A stretch of DNA of 64,000 nt from Anthoceros angustus (Eukaryota > Plantae > Anthocerotophyta). A model generated the notes under the pieces. The model had not been told where the DNA came from. It was given only the letters and a program-made list of their open reading frames with translations, and searched no databases. The stretch spans positions 1,302,001 through 1,366,000 of the forward strand of contig MU008163.1 in the NCBI GenBank assembly GCA_010909165.1, in the 5' to 3' direction. Numbering within the stretch: position 1 is the stretch's first letter; every line of letters begins with the position of its first letter. The position numbers and the translations under genes are program-made. Positions 38,219 to 47,591 of the stretch are shown here, in pieces.

Positions 38219-38917
38219 CCCGTCTCCTTACAACAAAACCCTGCGTGTGTAGTCTGCATACAGAAGTGGCACACAGTCTGAGAGCTTTCCGCAATCGACA
38301 CCAATAAACGAATCAAACAGACCAGACAGCGGGCGGCCTTTCAAAAGTTTGGGAGGACCTGCAGCCCAGCCGCCGGGGTCCGCAGATGCCCAACACCTAA
38401 TTCTCCAGTTTCTCGCCAAGTAAGCTCAGGCAGTTTCGGAAGTGAGGCCTTCAACCTTTCAATCCTGCGACACGCTTGGCTCCGATCCCGACCCAGAATG
38501 CGAAAAATGCGAGCGGACAGCCGGCAAGGAACTCGATGCGGCGTCTATCCTCTCCCATATGAGCTTAGGGTAGGTGCAGGCAACCTGTTTTCTGACTCGC
38601 AACTGAACGAAAACTGGACAACTGAGCTGTCCTCCCCGTGTCCAAAGGCCTTTGGCAGACCTAGTGGGCATCGCGCTGGATTCTCACAAGTTTCCATTGA
38701 TGGCGCCATGGCTGCTTTAGAAGAAACGAGACATGGCCAGAGTGGAAATCTGCCTTTCCGTTTTTGTGATCACCTCTGTTCTTCTAACATGATGTTCATG
38801 ACACAGTCCATGGACATCATAAGAATCCAAGCAGCGTCGGAAAGCCAGGGCAACCCGGATATGGTATCACTGCTTGACTCTAGGGATGAAACAAGCTGTG
38901 CCGACTAGCGAAACAAG

Positions 38918-39560
38918 TCATTCTATAGCAATTTCTTCCGGTCCATCTTCCACGGGCGCGTTCTCCTCGTCCACCTTCACTCCAGCTGCCTCCGAGGTCT
39001 TAGCAACCCATTCCTTGAGCGGGTCCTCGTTCAAGTCCAGCCGTAGCAGGCCCGCAAAGACACCGCCGAGGAAAGCAACTGGTTCCTGCTCACAAGCAAA
39101 ATCCAGTGTGAGTGAGCAATCCCTGAATGCCACATTTGGAGAACCAAACGGGAATCCTACATTCTGAGGGGCACACCTTCAAAGCTTCCTTGACGATGGG
39201 ATCATCCTGGAAATTGATGAAAGCCCTCACGTCACTTCCGCGGCCGGCGTGTGGCCGTGACCGGAAAGCTGGAACGCGTACGATCAATTTCGAACCTGAC
39301 GAGATTGCACATGCTGATGAACCTGGCTGAATTGCGCAGAGGACCGGTCAGGGCGTCAGGAACATTCACAAGAATGCAAACAGGTAGGGGAAGCAGTCAG
39401 CAGAACCAAGCCCGTTGGACGAAGTTGAAGATCCACACCGAGTTTGCGGATTCAAGGTGGAAACAGCGATCCAAAAGCAGGATGAAAGACTTGCCCGAGG
39501 GAAGGAGGAACCTGCCGTCGGGCAGGACAGGAGGGCTGTCGTGGCCATCGCCATCACCAT
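38918..39560 (-). CDS. UPF0426 (At1g28150-like) small chloroplast protein, spliced
   Basis: DDPIVKEALK|EPVAFLGGVFAGLLRLDLNEDPLKEWV...PEEIAIE*; Ser/Ala-rich transit-peptide-like first exon. Confidence 0.8.
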
Positions 39561-40521
39561 CGCCGTGGTAACTGTGCCTACTGTGTACTGTAGCTCAAGC
39601 TGGGATCCCTTTTCATACGCGGCACGGCATAAAGGGTCATTAACCTGGAACTTTTTTTAAGTTTATCTTAAGGAAAGAGGAGATGGGTGAACCCGTCTTC
39701 ATACTTCATACGTGGCACGGGGCACGGAATAAAATGTCATTAATTAGGAATTTTTTTCATTTTTATTAAGGAAAGAGGAAATAGGTAAACCCATCTACTT
39801 AAGGGAGACCCTAAGCGTCATAGTAAAGAAGGAGCAACTAAGCTTTGTATTTAAAGTCATCTGCAGCAGCTACAATGTCATAACTAAAGGAGATAAAATG
39901 GCCTATATATTACTAAACTAGCCGAGGATCTCCAACGGAGACGTTTGTTGTCCATGCTTACAATGTCATAATTAGGGAGATTAAATGGCCTACATATTAC
40001 TGAAGTAATCAAGGATACATCTCCAGCAGACGTTGTTATTCGTAGGTAATCAAGGATACATCTCTAGCAGACGTTGTTATTCGTAGGATAGTCCCTTCCA
40101 GTGTCCTTTGGTGGGCAATAGACACCCACTGCCGAAAGAAGAAGTGATGAAGCTACTGGCTCGACCTCGCACTCTTTGAACTTGCCCAATTTTGACAAGC
40201 ATATTCTTTTTCTTCCTTATTATGAGTGAAGAAACGTGACATAGATAATAACTTGGGAAGTAGGATGGTGAAGATCAAGGAATGATTGTTTGGCTGAAAA
40301 GACCTGAGGTTTTCTATATGAGGCTATGTCTCCTTTTTTTGCGATTCCCTGTAATCTACTGATATTTACACAAAAAAAAATATTATTTCTATTTTATCAG
40401 ATGGGTAGAGAGATTGATTGATAAGGACTTCAAAAATGTAATTTTGTCCGTATATATGCAATACTAGGACTGTAGGAGGCAGCTGACGCCCGTGGCTATT
40501 CTTCTCCCTTGTTTTGGAAGC

Positions 40522-41499
40522 TTATTCCCCTTGGCTATTCAGCCAAAGGGAATCAAAGAAAGTATCTTGAGCTATTTCTGCTACTGTTTTACACTTCAAT
40601 ATCCCTTTTCTAAACATATAAATTTGTTTGGAAAATATCGAAAGTTGGTCATCTTGACGCACCATTAAATGAGCTACCTCCGCCAGAAACTCGACCCACA
40701 AAACATTAATTTTTGGGAAGTTATGTTTCCATTTTTTGCCGACAATCAATTTTATTTCAGTCCACACTCTTATAAAAGAATGACAGGTACAACTTTCAAA
40801 TTTTACGTCATACAAATTTTTGAAAAAAATAGTGGAACCTCTTTGAAGACGGGACACTCCAAAGTCTATGATCGAAACTTTTATCCCATAGGTTTTGATC
40901 CATCTTTCCTCATAATTTATTTGATATCTTTCTGTGCTTTCCTTGTTATGGCTACGAGATATAAGAATATTATTATTATGTGCATCTCGATGTTCAAAAC
41001 CAAAAGCGGCTTCTGCCACTTCCATGGCTAGAATGATTTGTAAGAATGTACTTTGAAGTTCTCGTACATTTCTAAATTCAAATTTGTGAAAAGGTACCCC
41101 ACCATCTTCTTGCATCATGACTATAAACTTTTGATTGTGTGGATATTCTAGAGGATGTTTTGGTTTCCCATTTAGCCATGATTTCTTAGCTCTAGAGAGT
41201 TCAGCAGCATATGGTCCTTTACATTGTATTTCCCATTTGTTCATCATAAAGTTAGTACAAAAATACGAACCAGTAGGATTTTGCAGTGTGGCCAACATCT
41301 TTGCGATCTCCACTTCGTTGTTAATATCATTTAAACTTCGTATAGGTGCTATCTTTAGTATAAAATCTTGAAATTTAAAAATTTCTCCAAACGCCCCTTC
41401 ATTTATCTTTTTTATATTTTTCATATCTACACCCATAGAGGTCAAAGCAGTAGTCATGTCGGTAACTCTTTCTCTTTTAAAAATGCAACAGCAATCCAT
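40522..41499 (-). CDS. Intronless Haspin-like protein kinase, copy 1 (kinase domain only)
   Basis: KINEGAFGEIF, LKIAPI, NEV, EDGG, LQIILAMEVAEAAFGFEHRDAHNNNILI, IKTYGIKVSIIDFGVSRL, W...F...NVLWV: Haspin-specific motifs. Likely ATG at 41499 (MDCCCIFK) by alignment to copy 2. Confidence 0.85.
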   Translation of the reverse strand: MDCCCIFKRERVTDMTTALTSMGVDMKNIKKINEGAFGEIFKFQDFILKIAPIRSLNDINNEVEIAKMLATLQNPTGSYFCTNFMMNKWEIQCKGPYAAELSRAKKSWLNGKPKHPLEYPHNQKFIVMMQEDGGVPFHKFEFRNVRELQSTFLQIILAMEVAEAAFGFEHRDAHNNNILISRSHNKESTERYQINYEERWIKTYGIKVSIIDFGVSRLQRGSTIFFKNLYDVKFESCTCHSFIRVWTEIKLIVGKKWKHNFPKINVLWVEFLAEVAHLMVRQDDQLSIFSKQIYMFRKGILKCKTVAEIAQDTFFDSLWLNSQGE

Positions 41500-43128
41500 G
41501 TTTCCAGGTTTGCTTAGCAAATAGTAGAGTAACACCTTAAACTTCAATAGAAGATGTCACAAAGCACTTAAAACTAGGATGACATTATATAGGTTAATTT
41601 ATAGTGGAAAATGATTTGAACCGAAGGTTTTTTGTAACATAAAGCTCTATGGAAGCAAGCACAACACCAACCAGTTTATTTGTGTCCACAAGGCTCCTCG
41701 CAAGCAAACACAACAACAACAACTTTATTTATTTCCGCACGGCTCTATGCAAGCAAACAAGATAACATACAAGTGATAAAGAAGATATTGGATGTGAAGC
41801 CCTCTTATATCCGTCCAAGTGAACTAAAATAGACTTTTCTTTTTCTTGTATATACTATAAAGGAATAGTCAACTAACAAGCTACTATTTGTTAATAGGTA
41901 TCCAATTTTAGCTTCTTCCAATCTAGGTAATAATTAGTTTTTAATTTTCTGATAAATTAATAAAATTCTAATATTGATTCAAGGTAATATTTATTTCATC
42001 CTTTTTTAGTAGCAAGTATTAATTACTTTCTCTTCCAGCAAGAAGAACTTTTTGTACTTAATGATATCCCATATAAATCATTGAGGAAGCCTTTAAGGAC
42101 TTTGTGGCATGTCTTATAAGACCGAATTCATGAGTATAGATTAGCATCACCATTTTTTGACGTGGCCTTCACCCTCATCTTCAAACACCTTTGCAATTGT
42201 GGGTTTGAGATTTTCAAAAGGCTCCAACGTATACAAACGTGCCACTCCTCTCCAAATTGCAAAAACAAGATCCACCGAGAAGAAAAGTAAAAGATACATA
42301 AACTAGAAGATGAGAGCAAAAGAAGGCTGATCTCAAACTCACCCGTGGTCTTTCACGCTGTGGAGTCTGTACACAGTTTAAAAACGATTGGTGTGGTGCA
42401 TGATATGCAACGTCCTTGTGGATTCTAGCGGATCGTACTTAAATGAAAGCCCTAATCATTGACAGCGGAGAATGGGGGAACAGAAGTTCACACATTTGAT
42501 GCCCACTTGATCCCGACTTGTTTGTCGAGTTACCGCCCAAATGTTTGCAGTCTGGACAGCAGATTGCAGAGGGCTGCGCAGTCCCAAGATTGCGTGCAAG
42601 TTGCAACCAAATTTGAGCCAAGTATATGCACAAGATGAACCATGGGAGTCGATGAGGAGCACATCATCGTGATCTGGAACAGTGGATGGCGGGTAACATA
42701 CAGGAACCAGAGAAGGGATCGAGCAGGCTCTATCAAGCGAGATTTTACAGACGAGAGACGGGAAGAGAACGTCTGCAGGAAGCTCTGCCAGCCAGGAAGC
42801 CCGGAATGGAAAACAGCGTGGCTTGCCGGGTGCTCTAAAGCCGACCCAACCGGACGAAATCAGTGTCCCTTCGTGCCTCCTCTGCTTATCGCCTTCCTTT
42901 GCCTCCAGTCCAATCGTTTATGGAACTTGTCGACTTCACTGGTCGGCGCCCAGCCCGAAGCTCTGAGTAGTCCTCTCCTGAAGGTGGTGGATGCACGGTG
43001 GTGGGCTCGTGCATGCGGTTGTGGGCTGTGGGAAATTGCGAATGCGGTGGTGGGCTGTGGAAATGCGGTGGTTGTTGCGAGGAAAATGCTGATCCGGAGA
43101 TGGGTTTTTGCAGGTGGTTGGGACAGAG

Positions 43129-44283
43129 ATGGAGGCCCGTTCCAGAGCGGTGCGGACTTGCCTCACAGTCGCCCTGTTTCTGGGTTCGGCGTCGTTGGCA
43201 GCGGCCGAGCTCAAGGTCGGATTCTACCACGGCAAGTGCAAGGGGCGTGATGTGGAGCGCATCGTGTCCGTTGCTGTGAAGAAGGCATTCCTTGCCGACC
43301 GCACCGTCTGTGCTTCCTTGATCCGCCTCCACTTCCACGACTGCTTCGTTCAGGTGAGCATGAGCTCATGCCCCTCTGATGTAACTTCGTGTACAGTTGC
43401 TCCGAGAGAAGTCCCGCTGAATCCAACAGGGCTGCAGGGGTGCGATGGTTCCGTCCTGCTGGACACCCCTGACAGCGAGAAGAGCTCGCCCCCGAACTTC
43501 AACTCGCTGAGAGGATTCGATCTGATCGAGAACATGAAACGTTCTCTCGAGAAATGCTGCCCTTTGCTTGTGTCGTGCACGGACATCCTCGCCCTGGCCG
43601 CACGCGACTGCATTGCACTCGTAAGTCTTCCACACCTGCAGTTCAAAATTTCTATCCCGTCAGGCTTTCACAACTCTGACACTCAGACGAATGGCCATCG
43701 ACACGTGCAGCTGAAAGGCGAGGCCTACGCTGTGCCCACAGGCAGGTTCGACGGCCTGACATCCGGCGGATTTCTGGGCCCGCTGCTGGGCCTCCCTGCT
43801 CCGTTTCACCCCATCGCCACCCTGGAATCCATCTTCGCCAAGGTGGGGCTGCACAAGAACGATCTGGTGGTGCTCTCGGGCCTTCACACGGTCGGGCGGG
43901 CGAGGTGCCTCACATTCTCCAACCGCCTCTACGACAGCTCCGGCAACCCAATCCAGGACCCGCTCTTGACACCGGCCCGTTCCGCCCAGCTCCGACAGTC
44001 GTGCCCGTTCGGCGGAAACGGGGGCATCTTTGTGCCCATGGACACCACTTCCGCCATCGTCGACACCAGATACTTCCAGGGAATCGTGGGAAAAACGGCT
44101 CTCTTCAACTCCGACGATGCTCTCCTGGACGACCCCGACACTGCCGCCATCGTGCAGCGGCAGGTGGTGAGTCCTCGCTTGGAATTCGTTGGAGTGGGCG
44201 CGTCCATGATCAAGATGGGATCTATCGGGGTTCTTTCAAGCAGTACCGGCCAAGTCAGGTTGCACTGCAACCAGACCAACTAG
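43129..44283 (+). CDS. Class III secretory peroxidase, 3 exons
   Basis: Signal peptide, LKVGFY, ASLIRLHFHDCFVQ|GCDGSVLL (distal His), VSCTDILALAARD, GRFDG, LVVLSGLHTVG (proximal His), DTRYF, MIKMG. Confidence 0.95.
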   Translation: MEARSRAVRTCLTVALFLGSASLAAAELKVGFYHGKCKGRDVERIVSVAVKKAFLADRTVCASLIRLHFHDCFVQVSMSSCPSDVTSCTVAPREVPLNPTGLQGCDGSVLLDTPDSEKSSPPNFNSLRGFDLIENMKRSLEKCCPLLVSCTDILALAARDCIALVSLPHLQFKISIPSGFHNSDTQTNGHRHVQLKGEAYAVPTGRFDGLTSGGFLGPLLGLPAPFHPIATLESIFAKVGLHKNDLVVLSGLHTVGRARCLTFSNRLYDSSGNPIQDPLLTPARSAQLRQSCPFGGNGGIFVPMDTTSAIVDTRYFQGIVGKTALFNSDDALLDDPDTAAIVQRQVVSPRLEFVGVGASMIKMGSIGVLSSSTGQVRLHCNQTN

Positions 44284-44646
44284 ACTAGATCGTAGGCGGC
44301 GACACCCTCGTCGATGCGAGGAGACAAGTCGCGAATTTTGCAGCTGGAGTCATTGCGGGCCATACAGCCTGTGTCCTTCCCGTGTCCGCACGGCTTTTGG
44401 GATACCTATTGTGCATCGCCCTTAATGGTTCTCACGAGTTTCATCACAGATTCCCTGATGGCTGCATGGGTGCGTTAGCAGAATGGAGACCTGGCCAGAG
44501 TAGAAATCTGCCCCTCTGTTGTGATCACACAGTCTTCTAACAAGGTGTTCTTGTCGACGACTCGACGGAGATTGAACGAAATACAGGAGTGGAGCGGATG
44601 TTTTTATGTTATATGTATCTTATTTTCTGCATGTATTGCGCAACAG

Positions 44647-44718
44647 GGAGGTATAGCTCAGTGGTAGAGCAATCGGCTGCAGTCCGATAGGTCATCAGTT
44701 CAATCCTGGTTGCCTCCT
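44647..44718 (+). tRNA. tRNA-Cys (GCA)
   Basis: Cloverleaf: acceptor GGAGGTA/TGCCTCC, D arm GCTC-AGTGGTA-GAGC, anticodon arm ATCGG-CTGCAGT-CCGAT, T arm ATCAG-TTCAATC-CTGGT, discriminator T; upstream CAA and AT-rich box. Confidence 0.92.
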
Positions 44719-45069
44719 CATCCCCCCAAGAAATATGTCATCTGTGGATTTAGTCTTTTGTGGGTTGAAACTTCTGGATGTTCCATGCCGTTACGGGGGA
44801 CATCCAGAAGTTTAACCCCGTTTTTTGAAACTCCAGCGTGGCGGACGCAACCAGCAGTGGCAGCTCGGAAGGGTGACCGGGGCGCACAACCAGGAGCAGG
44901 AGCCGGCTGTGACGCTGCTATCTGCAGGTTTGGCAACCTACAACGATGATGTCAGCTCGCTCACGCTACTATCTGGCTATTAGAAATGATTTATTATAAT
45001 ATATTATGAATAGTGTCCCAAAACACGTTATCAAGAGTGTCCTAAAAATAACAAATTTGTATATTTTCA

Positions 45070-45289
45070 AGGTCAAGTGACCAATAGGATTCAAGGATAA
45101 GGACTATATAAGGCCAAGCCCACCTAGGTATGGGGTATGGTGTGTGCAAATGTGCTTGTGTGCTAGTACCTAGTGTGCCTAGTGCATATAACCCATATTG
45201 TATGGGAGTGTTGTGTTCTCTTTTAATAAAGGCTTAGCTCTTTTCCTAACTTGGTAATAGAGCCATATTCTAGAGCCAATCTTCACTCA
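45070..45289 (+). mobile_element. Possible solo-LTR-like fragment
   Basis: ctatataagg TATA-like box at about 45105, aataaa at about 45225, ends ...cactca in AT-rich context; no TG start or target-site duplication confirmed. Confidence 0.3.
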
Positions 45290-45307
45290 GGGGTTTTTTC
45301 AATTTTC

Positions 45308-45697
45308 CTGACCCTGTTATTGCGGGAGTTTGCTTGAAACAAATGTGGGAAATGAGGACCACCCAAATTCAACTTCTCAACTTACCGGTCCTGACCCTAT
45401 TATTGCAGGAGTTTGCTTGAAAACCACCCAAATTCAACTTCTCAACTGCTTGAAACAAATGTGGGAAATGAGGACCACCCAAATTCAACTTCTCAACTTA
45501 CCGGTCCTGACCCTATTATTGCAGGAGTTTGCTTGAAAACCACCCAAATTCAACTTCTCAACTGCTTGAAACAAATGTGGGAAATGAGGACCACCCAAAT
45601 TCAACTTCTCAACTTACCGGTCCTGACCCTATTATTGCAGGAGTTTGCTTGAAAACCACCCAAATTCAACTTCTCAACTTCAACTTCTCAACTTACC
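45308..45697. repeat. Tandem repeat, about 3.3 x 116 bp with internal subrepeat
   Basis: cctgaccctattattgcaggagtttgcttgaaaaccacccaaattcaacttctcaact...; identical short ORFs start at 45413 and 45529. Confidence 0.95.
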
Positions 45698-47591
45698 GGA
45701 TATTTGATTATGCTTCACAGCACTCGTCTCTATGCCAGACTCAGAATAGCAGTTAATTTTCATGATAATCTCTCTGTATATCTGTTGGTTGCTGTCTGTG
45801 CTTCACTATGGTGTACCGATTGCATACCCTTCGCTTATCGTGTGCACACCCTTCGCGGTTCCTGAAAAAAGTTGTTTTTTCACACACTCTCACATACAAA
45901 ATACTATATTCATATATATTTTTGTCCACATGGCACCAAATACATACAAATCTTAACCATGCATTGCTTCTGTACGATATCTAGAGCCAAAAGTGCATTT
46001 CGTGCAGCGTGCTTCAAAAACTTTCGGCCGTCATTTTAGGGTTTTGTTTTCGGATCCAGTCTAAAAAGAGGTATGTTCACACGGTGAGTTTAGGGTTTAG
46101 GGTTTCGCAAGGCCGATTGCTTGCTTGGTCAGGGTCCAAGCTACATCAGGAGCGTCTACTGTGGCCAGAAGTACCTAGGTGCCCAGAATTGGACCAGGGC
46201 CGTCAAACCCTAATGCAACCCTAACCCTCCGTACGGAAATATTTTGAGAGTGTGTGCAATCGGTACAACGGGCGGAGGACTTGGGGAACCGTTTTGATAC
46301 TCCCTACCACTCCGAAACATAGTTCATGGAGACATGCCATCCTGGTTTCCCTGGTGCGAGTCCTCATGGATGACAAATATATCATACCTATCGTCCTATC
46401 CTCGCGGCTTGAGCAGCAGCTCGTATGCAGTTTAGCAAAAGAGAGGCGGGAAACGGGGTTTCTGGAACATGTCCACAACTTTTGAATAGCATGCGTCTAA
46501 ACAGGAGGTCCTCGTAGATTGGACGCCGCTCATTCAACCTTGTGTGTTGCGAGCCTGACATCCATCACACGGAATCCACCTGTCTCCAGGTCTCCGTGTG
46601 TGAGCTGCGCCTCGGTGACTCCATCCACCAGAGCCAACCTCCCCTCCGTTTGTGCAATTTGCAATTCGGCTGAACATTGCATTCAACCAGGCCAAGACAG
46701 ATCACTCAGCGGCGTCGCCGAAGGCACCTTGCTGTGGTCCCCTACTTTTAGCAATCAAAACCGCTTGGTGACATCTTCTATCTCCTGGCCAGCGTACTGC
46801 CCGATCCTCCATGGAAGGCGACAAGTGCTTATTGTGCGTGATCTTGTTTCACAACGCGGAACAGGGCCGTCTCTGCAGCAGCAACATCAAATTCTGAGGC
46901 CCAAAAACGTTCTGGCCGAGAGTGGCCACCCTCGCTCTGGGACTGAATATTGGAATCCTACTCTCCCTACTCGATCGATAAGAAAGGAGGACTTGGCCAG
47001 CCGCTCAAAACCTGTCAATAGAATATAGATGCGCAACCGACGCTGAGGTATACTCCCACTTGCTTCTTCAGGTTTCCGTGCAGCACCGCCTCCTTCCGAA
47101 CTTGGGGCCAGACAGGTCTAGGTCTAAGAGCTGCTGCACACACGCATTCAACTTGCAGGCATTTAAGCTAAACTGCTAGCAGCTTAAACTCCTAGTTACG
47201 AGCTAAAGTGCTTACGGAGCATGTATGTCAAACTTGCTTGCAAGATGACCAGCTTACATGCAATTTCACGCGGGAGGATCAGAAAAGTACGGGCTATGAC
47301 ATGGAAACCAACTATGGAGGTCGGAGGTTAGTGGTCTGAGGGATGCGAAACTAGGTTCGGGAGGAAGGATGGGATCTTTCAAGGTTTTATGGCTTGATGA
47401 GGGGTTTTGCTTGAAGCAAAGTCCACAAGGACCGAGCACCAAGTCTATTAAATCTTTTCTCCGTAAGGAATGGTGTGTGTTGATAGTCCAAAGCCAAATC
47501 TGGTAACGACATCCTTGGCTAAATGGTCGATAAAAGGATCTACAAAAACACCTTCATCGTCAAGAACCAGCACACTAGGTGACTCTTCCTG

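Noticed and set aside
45187-45299. Second copy of the U6 USE-like sequence (tataacccatattg) with an AT-rich box about 24 nt later and a T6 run
   Set aside because: The implied transcript is only about 40 nt with no recognisable structure, the box is AATAAA rather than TATA, and the context looks LTR-like; probably chance, though small-RNA data could test it.
46519-47028. Possible AMP-binding enzyme fragment (RLALVDGVTEAQLTHGDL, minus strand) and a 169-aa plus ORF
   Set aside because: A single weak resemblance surrounded by stops, with no other adenylation motifs.
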